37,710 nucleotides of DNA from a virus (lineage: Duplodnaviria > Caudoviricetes), in the IMG/VR virus record IMGVR_UViG_3300011114_000204, positions 1 to 37,710 of that record, one strand, 5' to 3'. Below the pieces are notes generated by a model. It had not been told where the DNA came from and made no database searches. It worked only from the letters and a program-made list of their open reading frames with translations. The position numbers and the translations under genes were made by a program. Positions 18,115 to 26,411 of this stretch are shown here, piece after piece. The stretch's first letter is position 1. Every line of letters begins with the position of its first letter.

Positions 18115-19033
18115 GATCAACGATATTGCATCCTACATCTGGAGACGCTCCAAGGATTACAACGTCAATCCTGCAATGGCGCTCGGGATCGCAAAGTCAG
18201 AAGGTCTGAACCCGAACACAATCGGTTCGGAAACATTTGGAAACCGAGACGCCAGAGGCTACTCATTTGGACCATTCCAACTTTATTCTGGGTCCAGCGA
18301 TCCGACAAAGATTGCTCCAGGCGGTATGGCTTATGAGTTTCAACAAAAATTCGGGGAAGCACCATCCGCCGCAAACTGGCAGAAACAGGTCGATTTCTCG
18401 TTGGAGCGCATGGCAAATAAAGGTGTTGGCGATTGGTATGCCGTCCGAGATCGCGGCGGCGTTGGCAACATCACGAAGATTGGCGAGAAATATGCCGGTG
18501 AACTTGGCTTGAATGGTGAGCAAGCTGCTCCCAGCTATACGCCACCTTGGTCAAACGCAGTTAGTGCATTAGGTGACGTAGATCAGAGATACCTTGGAGG
18601 CGGGTTTGGATTTCTTGGGAAGCAAGCCTCTAATTTGCTGGGCATGATAAAGCCAGAAGGATCTGCGTCGCTTCCTGCGGCTGCGCCATCGCCCATTGGC
18701 TTCACAGAGCCAACTCAAAAGTTTGGATCAACCTTGCCGCTATCTTTGATGGGGCCTGCGCAGCCACCTGGAGGTGTTGGGCCTATGGCGACGGCTGGCG
18801 GCGGTCAGGCAGCAATGGCGGCTGTTCCATTGGCTCCAAAGGATACAGGCTTCAGCATCGACAATATGACGGCTGGACAAGCCGCAGGATTTGCCGGTCT
18901 TGGAAATGCACTGATAGCAGCGGGCGCTCCAAGGATGACTTGGAAGCCCAGTGGCGAAGCGGCGCCAGCCCATCGAGGCCAATGGCGTGATGACATTTTT
19001 GCCGGGCTGCTTGGCCCAAGAGCTTGGGGATAA
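18107..19033 (+). CDS. Internal virion protein with lysozyme/lytic-transglycosylase-like N-terminal domain
   Basis: Start ATG 18107 behind GAGGG; VNPAMALGIAKSEG and SFGPFQL resemble SLT motifs I and II; low-complexity C-terminal half. Confidence 0.65.
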   Translation: MAEINDIASYIWRRSKDYNVNPAMALGIAKSEGLNPNTIGSETFGNRDARGYSFGPFQLYSGSSDPTKIAPGGMAYEFQQKFGEAPSAANWQKQVDFSLERMANKGVGDWYAVRDRGGVGNITKIGEKYAGELGLNGEQAAPSYTPPWSNAVSALGDVDQRYLGGGFGFLGKQASNLLGMIKPEGSASLPAAAPSPIGFTEPTQKFGSTLPLSLMGPAQPPGGVGPMATAGGGQAAMAAVPLAPKDTGFSIDNMTAGQAAGFAGLGNALIAAGAPRMTWKPSGEAAPAHRGQWRDDIFAGLLGPRAWG

Positions 19034-19038
19034 CAGAC

Positions 19039-19425
19039 ATGGCGACAATCGAAGACATCAACAACATGTATATCGGCCTCACCGGCACTGCTGGAGATCC
19101 GCAGATCATTGGCTATCTCTCTGACGCCATCAACAATGGCAGGATGACGCTCGGAGACGTCAGGGCGCTGATCGCACCGCAACAGGCTATGCCTGCTGGT
19201 TTGCTTGGCCCTATGCCTCAACAGGCGCCGCAGATCAATCCAGAGATCGCCAATGCATTCATGCAGTCGCTGCTTTACCAATCGCAGTTGCCTGGCATGT
19301 CTCGGTTGCAGAACCCGACTGCGGTCAACCCGTTGAACATCCCGCCGACGCCAGCGCCTTATCGTGTTAATGTTGGAACAACGACGTTGCCAACTTGGCT
19401 GGCGGAAGCCGCTGCAAAGAAGTGA
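19039..19425 (+). CDS. Hypothetical internal virion protein (DUF4214-like N-terminus)
   Basis: INNMYIGLTGTAGDPQIIGYLSDAINNGRMTLGDV resembles the LYxxxLGRxPDxxGLxYW repeat; Pro/Gln-rich remainder. Confidence 0.55.
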   Translation: MATIEDINNMYIGLTGTAGDPQIIGYLSDAINNGRMTLGDVRALIAPQQAMPAGLLGPMPQQAPQINPEIANAFMQSLLYQSQLPGMSRLQNPTAVNPLNIPPTPAPYRVNVGTTTLPTWLAEAAAKK

Positions 19426-19434
19426 GGACGACAC

Positions 19435-20865
19435 ATGGCTGAGAATGACTTCCTTAGCGGCCTCCTTGGCGGCGTGAAAGACGTTGGCAGTTCGATCTAT
19501 GGCGGCATCTCCGGCCTTCTTGGTGGTGGAGAGCAGACGCCTGCTGCTGGTGGGCAGATGCAAGATAGCATGTCGATGCTGTCACCGGCTGATCAGAAGA
19601 GGCTGATGTTCTCGACGTTGGGCGAGTTGGGTGGCATTCTGCTTGCGGCGGGAGCCAGACAGTCTCCAGAGAGTCGTGCGCAGGCGCTTGCCAAGCTTGG
19701 CAGCGTTGGCGGCAACGTCCAGACGCAGGCTTACAACATTGCCCAAGCTAATCTGATGCGCCAGCAACTGGCTGAAAAACAGCAGATGCTTGAGAGCCAG
19801 AAGCAACTTGGCGAATTGGCGAAAGATCCAGAGGCTTATAAATCTCGATTTGGCTATGATCCGACAGGTATCGCTGTGTCGCAGTTGATGGCGATCAATC
19901 AACAGAAACTCATTCAGAGTGTGACAAGCCCATATGCTCAAGAAACTGCTCTTACGCAGCTTGAGGCAAACAAGCAAACTCTGAGACAAACTGCTGAAAA
20001 GGAGGCGGCAATTAAAGCCATCCTTGAGAGGCCAGATGTTGCGCAAAACATTAAAGATGCAATCCGGCTTGACCCATCTTTGGCGGCTAAGGTGCTTGTG
20101 CCTGAAGCCCAGAAGCCAGGCGCTGCGATTGAGCAATACAATCTTTATAGGACTCAAGAGCTGGCGGGAAACCGCGTCCCACTGAGTTTCTTCGACTATG
20201 AAACTGCATTGAAGAAGGCGGGGCAGACGACAATCAATGTTGGTGACACGGCGGCAAAGGTCATTGCAACTGGTGCTGCGAAGATGGCCGAAGATCAACT
20301 TGCCGCAGGTCAAACGGCTGCGGCAAACCTTGCCAACAGCAACACCATCAGGTCTTTGCTGGATGAAGGCGCGATCACTGGCTTTGGCGCAGAAGGAAAG
20401 GTGCTTGTTGGATCGGCTTTGCAAAACCTTGGTATAACACCTGAAGATCCAAGAATTGCAAATAGCCGCATTCTGATGAGCCAGCTTGCCAACCGTTCGC
20501 TTGATGCGGCTGGGAAAATGAAGGGGCAGGGCGCGATCACAGAGCCAGAACGTAAACTGCTGCAGGAGGCTGCTGGATCTAACATTGCTCTGGGTGAAGG
20601 AACGATCCGCCGGATCCTCGACATTACTGATCGAGTGGACCAGGCTGCTTTGAAGCAGGGGATTGTCGCGGCTGAAGTTTTGGCCGGGACAGAGGGGATC
20701 AAAGGAACGGCTCTGGAACGCTTGTATCAGAAGCCAGCAGAGCCGAAGCCATATGAGCGTGAAGCTTTGACCCCAGATGGAACAAAGGTGAAGGCAAGGC
20801 TTGGCGTTGATGGGAACTACTATGCAACCATAGGCGGCACCCGCTATAAAATTCCTACGGAGTAG
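19435..20865 (+). CDS. Internal virion / DNA ejection protein
   Basis: Gly-Leu-rich N-terminus, long helical body, MKGQGAITEPER motif; RBS GAGG. Confidence 0.7.
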   Translation: MAENDFLSGLLGGVKDVGSSIYGGISGLLGGGEQTPAAGGQMQDSMSMLSPADQKRLMFSTLGELGGILLAAGARQSPESRAQALAKLGSVGGNVQTQAYNIAQANLMRQQLAEKQQMLESQKQLGELAKDPEAYKSRFGYDPTGIAVSQLMAINQQKLIQSVTSPYAQETALTQLEANKQTLRQTAEKEAAIKAILERPDVAQNIKDAIRLDPSLAAKVLVPEAQKPGAAIEQYNLYRTQELAGNRVPLSFFDYETALKKAGQTTINVGDTAAKVIATGAAKMAEDQLAAGQTAAANLANSNTIRSLLDEGAITGFGAEGKVLVGSALQNLGITPEDPRIANSRILMSQLANRSLDAAGKMKGQGAITEPERKLLQEAAGSNIALGEGTIRRILDITDRVDQAALKQGIVAAEVLAGTEGIKGTALERLYQKPAEPKPYEREALTPDGTKVKARLGVDGNYYATIGGTRYKIPTE

Positions 20866-20870
20866 CAAAG

Positions 20871-23018
20871 ATGGATGAGCAACGCCGATTGCCGACACTG
20901 GTTCCTGTCGATGAAGCTCCGCAACCTAACCTGCCGAGAATGGTTCCGGTTGATAGTGGCAGGCAGATAAACACTGCTGGAATGCCCCCCGTCATCACCA
21001 GAGAAAATTTACAGCAGTTGCAAATTGCTCCTGATATCACGTCTTTTGGTGAGCGCATGGGGCGTGGCGTCTTGGATGTTGGGCAAGGGCTTAAACAGCT
21101 TTACATGATGGCGGTTCGCCCGCCTGAAGAGGCCAAAGCCTACACGCAAGAAGTAAATAAAGAGATCGCGGCCTATCAGGAGCGTCTTGGATCAAAGCCT
21201 GGGCTTGATATAGCCCGTGGTCTCGGTTCTATGGCCGCACAGGCCCCTGCAATGCTTATCCCTGGTGGACAGGCGGCGCTGTTGCCAAGGCTTGCTGCGG
21301 GCGCTCTCAGCGGCGCTGTGACAGGCGCATCCGAGTTCAGCCAGGAAGGAACTTTCGCCGACAAGGGGATGCAGGCCGCCGTTGGCGCTGTTGGTGGCGC
21401 TGCGCTTCCAGAGGCTATGCGTGGTCTGGCGCGAGGTGTTGTTGGCGCTGGTCAATCGGTTGCTGGTGGAATTAGGAAAATCACGCCATCCAACGTCACC
21501 AATGCGGATATTCTTGCTGCAGTTCAAAGCACGGGGCGCAGTTTTGATCCGACTTTTGACGTTGGCAAGATTTCGAATGAGATAAAGGATCAACTGGTCA
21601 AAGACGCCAAGGAACAGTTGCGCGTTTCTGGCGAGTTGGATCCGATGGCTCTTGTTCGTGTTCAGGATTTCAAGAAGCTCGGCATTGATCCAACAAAAGC
21701 GCAGATCACTCGCGATCCCAGGCAATGGCAGATGGAAATGAACCTCGCCCAAATTGCTGGCGTTGGGCAACCTCTTTTGCAAAGGAAAGCTGAACAGCCC
21801 GGGCAGTTGGTTTCTGTACTGGAAAAGATACGAGGTGGCGAACCTATCGCGCCTTATACAGCGGGTTCTCAGGTTGCGGAAGCAATTGGATCGCAGTTTG
21901 AAAAAACTGGGACATATGGAGAATTGGGAAAAAAGCTTGATGCAATTTACGAAGCCGCAAGACGGGCTGATGGGTCAAAAGCAGAACTTCCGTTTGGGCC
22001 TTATCAGGCAAAAATCGCTGATGTCTTGGATAGATATGAAGACTTTATCCCGCCTTCAGTGACAAAGCGTATATCACAATTTGCAGAAGGCACAGACCGG
22101 CCTTTTACAATTAATGAGGCTGTAAAATTTAGAGAGATGCTTAGTGACTTAACTAATGCAACGGATAAGCGTGAGCGGACAGCCATGACTCGTCTGAAAA
22201 CCATTCTTGACGAAACAATGGTAGAAACTGCTGAAAGTGCTGGGCCAAACGCTGTTGATGCTATTAAACTGTTTCGCCAAGGGATTACATCTTATGCAGA
22301 ACGGGCGCGTGCTTTTGAAACAAAGGGCTTAAAAGAGGCCATTGAAGTAGATGAGCTTAAACCAGAGACATTTATCAATCGTTATGTTTTAGGAAGTAGC
22401 GTTAATGATCTAAAAAAAATGAGAGATGTTCTGAACAGGACAGATATATCGGCAGAACAACAAGCCGCAAATGCACAGGCTTGGGAAACAATCCGCTCCC
22501 AGGTTGTCCAAGATATGATTGAAAAGTCTTCAAAAGAAGAAGGAAAGTTCTCTCAAAAAGCATATCGCGATGCGCTTGAGAGGCTTGGAAAATTCACTGG
22601 GAAAGGAAATTCAAAACTTGAAATCTTGTTCAACCCAGAAGAAATTGGGACACTTTCAGCAGTTCGCCGCGTATCTGAAGCCGCTTTTTCAGATGTAGGC
22701 AGTGGAGGCGTTCCATTAGTAAATAGGTCTGGGACTGCGGCTGGGATTGCCAATCTTCTTGGATCGACGCCCCTTGTTGGTCAAACAATAGCGCCGACCA
22801 TGAAGGGCCTTCAGCAACTTTCTCAAGCCAGTCAAGTCCAGCAGGCATTGGCAGCATCCCCGGTCCAGACGACGGCAACGGCAACTGCCCAACAGGCGTT
22901 GCGGGATGCTGCGGCTAGGGTGATCGGCGGCGGCGGGTTCACGCCTTATGCCCCGGCATCTGCTGCGATCCTCCAGCAGTTGCGGGAAAGACCGCAGGGT
23001 GGATTGCTCGGACAGTAG
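20871..23018 (+). CDS. Large internal virion / DNA ejection protein
   Basis: 715 aa; Gly/Ala membrane-insertion segment (AAGALSGAVTG...AAVGAVGGAA), VNRSGTA motif, ends GLLGQ; last late gene. Confidence 0.72.
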   Translation: MDEQRRLPTLVPVDEAPQPNLPRMVPVDSGRQINTAGMPPVITRENLQQLQIAPDITSFGERMGRGVLDVGQGLKQLYMMAVRPPEEAKAYTQEVNKEIAAYQERLGSKPGLDIARGLGSMAAQAPAMLIPGGQAALLPRLAAGALSGAVTGASEFSQEGTFADKGMQAAVGAVGGAALPEAMRGLARGVVGAGQSVAGGIRKITPSNVTNADILAAVQSTGRSFDPTFDVGKISNEIKDQLVKDAKEQLRVSGELDPMALVRVQDFKKLGIDPTKAQITRDPRQWQMEMNLAQIAGVGQPLLQRKAEQPGQLVSVLEKIRGGEPIAPYTAGSQVAEAIGSQFEKTGTYGELGKKLDAIYEAARRADGSKAELPFGPYQAKIADVLDRYEDFIPPSVTKRISQFAEGTDRPFTINEAVKFREMLSDLTNATDKRERTAMTRLKTILDETMVETAESAGPNAVDAIKLFRQGITSYAERARAFETKGLKEAIEVDELKPETFINRYVLGSSVNDLKKMRDVLNRTDISAEQQAANAQAWETIRSQVVQDMIEKSSKEEGKFSQKAYRDALERLGKFTGKGNSKLEILFNPEEIGTLSAVRRVSEAAFSDVGSGGVPLVNRSGTAAGIANLLGSTPLVGQTIAPTMKGLQQLSQASQVQQALAASPVQTTATATAQQALRDAAARVIGGGGFTPYAPASAAILQQLRERPQGGLLGQ

Positions 23019-23022
23019 CCTA

Positions 23023-23035
23023 TAACTTACTGATT
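23023..23035 (-). promoter_or_regulatory. IHF-consensus site
   Basis: Reverse complement AATCAG-TAAG-TTA matches WATCAR-N4-TTR. Confidence 0.45.
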
Positions 23036-23044
23036 ATTAACGAT

Positions 23045-23089
23045 AAATGGCGGTCTGTGGAAAAATATTCCGCAACCGCCATTTTTCTT
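23045..23089 (+). terminator. Rho-independent terminator of the late operon
   Basis: AAATGGCGGT-c-TGTGGAA, loop aaata, TTCCGCA-ACCGCCATTT, then TTCTT. Confidence 0.8.
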
Positions 23090-23090
23090 G

Positions 23091-23119
23091 TTTACAAAAA
23101 CATTTTTGCCTAATAAACT
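23091..23119 (+). promoter_or_regulatory. Early sigma70 promoter with overlapping palindrome
   Basis: TTTACA (23091-96), N17, TAAACT (23114-19); CAAAAA-ca-TTTTTG palindrome at 23095-23108. Confidence 0.65.
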
Positions 23120-23167
23120 TTTTTACATGGGCTGGTGATTCGAACCGCCCTGCAACGGGGTCAAACG

Positions 23168-23356
23168 ATGAAACAAGATAATGAGTTTCCAACGGAATAC
23201 ATAGAGCTACAGATCGCAGCCCGCAACATCGCTGACTGCTCTTTGCTGGTTTACTACGCCACGGATGAGGCCGCGCAACAGCGGCACAAGATCGAACTGG
23301 CGCACCATATCAAGCGGATCAAGAAGATACTGGAGGAACTGGAATGTCAGCAATGA
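23168..23356 (+). CDS. Hypothetical early protein
   Basis: ATG 23168 behind GGGGT; first of a chain of overlapping small ORFs. Confidence 0.65.
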   Translation: MKQDNEFPTEYIELQIAARNIADCSLLVYYATDEAAQQRHKIELAHHIKRIKKILEELECQQ

Positions 23357-23553
23357 AACAGGCGCACTATTGGGCGCAACAGGAAGACCGCTGGCACCAG
23401 CAATACCTCATGGCCGAGCAACTTTGCGACAAACTGGAGCAACGGATACATGAACTGGAGCAGGCTATCATCGACACTGACAAATATCCGATGCCGTTGG
23501 AACTTAGGCAGAAACTTCGCAGCGTTTTGGGAGGCGATCATGCGAGTCGGTAG
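23344..23553 (+). CDS. Hypothetical coiled-coil protein
   Basis: RBS GGAGG; alternative start 23353 (ATGA overlap). Confidence 0.65.
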   Translation: MSAMKQAHYWAQQEDRWHQQYLMAEQLCDKLEQRIHELEQAIIDTDKYPMPLELRQKLRSVLGGDHASR

Positions 23554-23737
23554 CATCAACAGACCAATCTTTAATATGCGGTTTAACAGGCCGCTGATGC
23601 AGCGCAAATGTCCTCTCTGCAATCTGACGACGGGTGTTCTGATCCCGCAGAATCAGGCTCTCAGAGAGCTTGGTATCTACGGCGGCACTCATGCCCATAT
23701 CGTCTGTGTTCAGGATGCAAGGGAGCAGAGGCAATGA
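23540..23737 (+). CDS. Hypothetical Zn-finger-like protein
   Basis: ATG 23540 behind GGAGG; CPLC...HIVC. Confidence 0.6.
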   Translation: MRVGSINRPIFNMRFNRPLMQRKCPLCNLTTGVLIPQNQALRELGIYGGTHAHIVCVQDAREQRQ

Positions 23738-24039
23738 ATTATAATGTTCTCGACAGAGTGAACAATTGCATCATCAACAATGTTCAGTATGCAGATTTAT
23801 TCAAAGAAATTTACGATCTGGTTAGAGACCTAGACAAACAGCATTTGTTGGAAATGAAGCATTTGAAGGCGCTGAATCGAGTTCTTAAAAATGAAATAAA
23901 GGGCCAGCGCAAAGACATAGACGATTTATCAAAAGCATTAATATCAATTGCTGATCATCGGGTTGATAGTGGGAAGCATTGGCGCGTTGAATACAATGCA
24001 ATTGTTGAGAAAGCTAGACAAGCAATCAGGGGTCTATGA
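23734..24039 (+). CDS. Hypothetical coiled-coil protein
   Basis: ATG 23734 (ATGA overlap, RBS GAGG); visibly A/T-rich. Confidence 0.65.
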   Translation: MNYNVLDRVNNCIINNVQYADLFKEIYDLVRDLDKQHLLEMKHLKALNRVLKNEIKGQRKDIDDLSKALISIADHRVDSGKHWRVEYNAIVEKARQAIRGL

Positions 24040-24057
24040 TGCACGGGAGCAAAGGCA

Positions 24058-24480
24058 GTGACTGAGGCATCGCGGGTGCAAAAACTACTCACCAGCCAGA
24101 ACGCAGAAATAGATGCACTGAAAAACAGGATTGCTGAACTGGAAGAGGAGGTGCGCCAGCTTCGCGAGGACATGGCGCAAACCAACTTAGGTTTCCTGCA
24201 CTTTCTTAGCAAGAACCAGATGAAGCTCTTGATGGGCATCTATAGCAGACCAGTGGCGACTTATGCCTATCTCGACAGGCTCACTGAGCAGGGCGACAGG
24301 TACAACCGTTATACGGACATAAACCATGAGGCTCTGCGCAACAGGGTTTCGATCTGGAAACTGCGCCAGAAGATGAGGCAGCATGGCATCGAGATCAAAA
24401 CATCCTGGGGTGTTGGGTATTACATGGATGACGAGAACAAAGCCAAATTGAAGGCATTGATGGAGAAGAAGGATGACTGA
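24058..24480 (+). CDS. Coiled coil plus OmpR/PhoB-type winged-helix DNA-binding protein (CtrA effector-like, no receiver domain)
   Basis: RVSIWKLRQKM...IEIKTSWGVGYYM matches the Trans_reg_C signature V.I.KLR.K...I.T.WG.GY. Confidence 0.78.
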   Translation: MTEASRVQKLLTSQNAEIDALKNRIAELEEEVRQLREDMAQTNLGFLHFLSKNQMKLLMGIYSRPVATYAYLDRLTEQGDRYNRYTDINHEALRNRVSIWKLRQKMRQHGIEIKTSWGVGYYMDDENKAKLKALMEKKDD

Positions 24481-24679
24481 CAACATCGTCACCGTAGAGA
24501 GTGTTGGTTACATACAAAAAACTATCGTTGAAGTGATCTCGATGCGCGATCAGTGTGCAATGGCTGCGCTTCCTGCATTATTGGCTCGCCATCGTGCAGA
24601 TGTTGCTTGGGCCGAAGTTGCTCCGCTTTCTTACAAGATTGCCGACGCCATGCTTGAAGCGCGAAAGGAAAAGAAATGA
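24473..24679 (+). CDS. Conserved phage hypothetical protein
   Basis: SMRDQCAMAALPALLA...SYKIADAMLEAR, a widespread phage motif. Confidence 0.75.
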   Translation: MTDNIVTVESVGYIQKTIVEVISMRDQCAMAALPALLARHRADVAWAEVAPLSYKIADAMLEARKEKK

Positions 24680-25020
24680 TCAGCAAAGACAAACAATACA
24701 GAACCAGAGATGGTCGCGAAGTCCGCATCTATGCGACGGATGCAGGCGGATATTGGCCCGTACACGGAGCAATTCAACTACCATGTTCTGGTGGCTGGTT
24801 GCCAATGTCATGGGATAATGATGGGAATGCTTTTAACGCAGGAGCCCGTGACAACATCATCGAAGTCCGCCCGCGCCACAAGCGAACGGTGTGGCTCAAT
24901 GTGTATGATCGTCACACATTTTTATATGACAACCGGAAAGATGCAGACAGCATGAGAGACGATGACCGCATCGCCTGCATCAAGGTCGATCTAGATTTTG
25001 AGGAGGGTAAAGGGCTATGA
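24676..25020 (+). CDS. Conserved phage hypothetical protein
   Basis: YRTRDGREVRIYATD...PVHGAI...VWLNVY motif; ATGA overlap. Confidence 0.75.
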   Translation: MISKDKQYRTRDGREVRIYATDAGGYWPVHGAIQLPCSGGWLPMSWDNDGNAFNAGARDNIIEVRPRHKRTVWLNVYDRHTFLYDNRKDADSMRDDDRIACIKVDLDFEEGKGL

Positions 25021-25235
25021 CAACCAAAACTCCCTTCATCGTCCACTGCGGCGATTGCAATCACGAATGGCCCGCGCTCTGGTCCCCCATGCCGTTGAGT
25101 GATGCGGCGGAGATAGCATTGTCACTGCGGTGTCCCATGTGTGCTACGGATGGTATGAGGATTTTCTGCGGTCCAGCACCTGTCGAAGACATTAACACAT
25201 CTTCAAAACGTGTTAAAAATAACGGAGAAACTTAA
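25017..25235 (+). CDS. Zn-ribbon protein
   Basis: CGDCNHEW...CPMC; RBS GGAGG; ATGA overlap. Confidence 0.65.
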   Translation: MTTKTPFIVHCGDCNHEWPALWSPMPLSDAAEIALSLRCPMCATDGMRIFCGPAPVEDINTSSKRVKNNGET

Positions 25236-25236
25236 C

Positions 25237-25587
25237 ATGACAGATGATCTTGTGAAACAACTCCGCACGGATGCGGAAGCCTACCGACAAAGCCTCGCCG
25301 CACCCACCTCACACGACATGTTTACACTTGCCTATCAGTGGCAAGATAAAAAGCATCGGCATGTGTGGGACTTGTGCGACAGGCTTGAAACCGCCGCCGA
25401 CCGCATTGAGAAGCTGCAGGCTGCAAACTTGCAGCAGTCGATCATTACGGTAGATCACTTGTCTCGCATCGAGAAGCTGGAGGCGGCGCTGAATCGGGTC
25501 GTTGACCTTACGAATTGTTGGGAAAGCAGCTTGGTTTCGCAGGTTAATGAAATTGCTCGCGAAGCGCTGGAGGGGAAAGATGACTGA
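25237..25587 (+). CDS. Hypothetical protein of the ADRIEKLEAAL modular family
   Basis: MTDDLVKQLR...AADRIEKL...IAREALEGKD; ATG 25237. Confidence 0.7.
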   Translation: MTDDLVKQLRTDAEAYRQSLAAPTSHDMFTLAYQWQDKKHRHVWDLCDRLETAADRIEKLQAANLQQSIITVDHLSRIEKLEAALNRVVDLTNCWESSLVSQVNEIAREALEGKDD

Positions 25588-25781
25588 TGATGATAAATCC
25601 AGAGACGCAATCTACATTGATGCGCTGCACGAATTGGTGAATGAGCAGGCCGACCGCATCGAGAAGCTGGAGGCGGCGCTGCGGGAGATTGCACAAGGGA
25701 AATATGAAACGCTTGATGTAGGTTGGTACACTGCAGATCAGGCTATTATTATCGCCCGCAAAGCACTGGAGGGGAAAGATG
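25465..25781 (+). repeat. Dispersed direct repeats among accessory genes
   Basis: 27-bp CGCATCGAGAAGCTGGAGGCGGCGCTG at 25465 and 25655 (degenerate copy ~25396-25416); 16-bp CTGGAGGGGAAAGATG at 25567 and 25766. Confidence 0.9.
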
Positions 25782-25786
25782 GTTGA
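25580..25786 (+). CDS. Hypothetical protein of the ADRIEKLEAAL modular family
   Basis: MTDDDK...QADRIEKLEAALREIA...IARKALEGKDG; RBS GGAGGGG. Confidence 0.7.
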   Translation: MTDDDKSRDAIYIDALHELVNEQADRIEKLEAALREIAQGKYETLDVGWYTADQAIIIARKALEGKDG

Positions 25787-25973
25787 TCTACAGGAAAAGT
25801 CCATCGAGTTGTGGCGGGACGCATACTTCAAACTGCACTCGAAGCTCCGCAAAGTCGAAGATGCGCTAATAGCTCTCAAAGCTATGCACCATGAGGGCGG
25901 CATTGACGACATAGTGGAGCGAGACGACCAGACTTACTTCACGGTCTGCAATGCATTGGAGGAGCTACAATGA
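25779..25973 (+). CDS. Hypothetical protein
   Basis: Same RBS/start cassette as 25580; coupled to its neighbours. Confidence 0.65.
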   Translation: MVDLQEKSIELWRDAYFKLHSKLRKVEDALIALKAMHHEGGIDDIVERDDQTYFTVCNALEELQ

Positions 25974-26107
25974 CTGACTATCAACTGGCGCTGCTTAACA
26001 TCGCAGCAACCATGTTCACAGGCGTAATCGTGATCGGATGCAACGGAGCAATCTTGTTCCTTGGATTAATGATTTGGCAACTTATCCAGGATAGGTTCAA
26101 TCTGTAA
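25970..26107 (+). CDS. Small membrane protein (45 aa; not in ORF track)
   Basis: MTDYQLALLNIAATMFTGVIVIGCNGAILFLGLMIWQLIQDRFNL; RBS GGAGGAG; ATGA overlap. Confidence 0.65.
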   Translation: MTDYQLALLNIAATMFTGVIVIGCNGAILFLGLMIWQLIQDRFNL

Positions 26108-26128
26108 CGCAAACACGGGGTCAAAACG

Positions 26129-26221
26129 ATGAAAACGGTTATCTACGAAATCGCCAATATGCTTGCTGCATTCGCGGCAGTGTCTATGGTCTTCACTGCC
26201 TGCATGATCCTGGGAGGCTGA
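26129..26221 (+). CDS. Hydrophobic micropeptide (30 aa; not in ORF track)
   Basis: MKTVIYEIANMLAAFAAVSMVFTACMILGG; leader nearly identical to that of the 23168 gene. Confidence 0.55.
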   Translation: MKTVIYEIANMLAAFAAVSMVFTACMILGG

Positions 26222-26222
26222 G

Positions 26223-26411
26223 ATGCAACCAATCACATGCGAAATAGGGTTTGACGGCGTCTACTCTGTCAAATACTTTAACAGGCAAATCGGATGGATA
26301 CAGCAAAGCAAGGTGAGGAAAGTATGGAGGGCGCTCAGTTGGAACGGGGACTTGAAACACACAAAAACACTGCGAGAGGCACGACGATTCCTGGTCGAGA
26401 ATTTCAGGTAG
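26223..26411 (+). CDS. Hypothetical protein
   Basis: RBS GGAGG; basic/aromatic 62-aa product. Confidence 0.65.
   Translation: MQPITCEIGFDGVYSVKYFNRQIGWIQQSKVRKVWRALSWNGDLKHTKTLREARRFLVENFR

Noticed and set aside
23129-23150. tRNA fragment or attP (reverse complement contains GGTTCGAATC)
   Set aside because: The T-stem does not pair, there is no cloverleaf, and the genome has no integrase.
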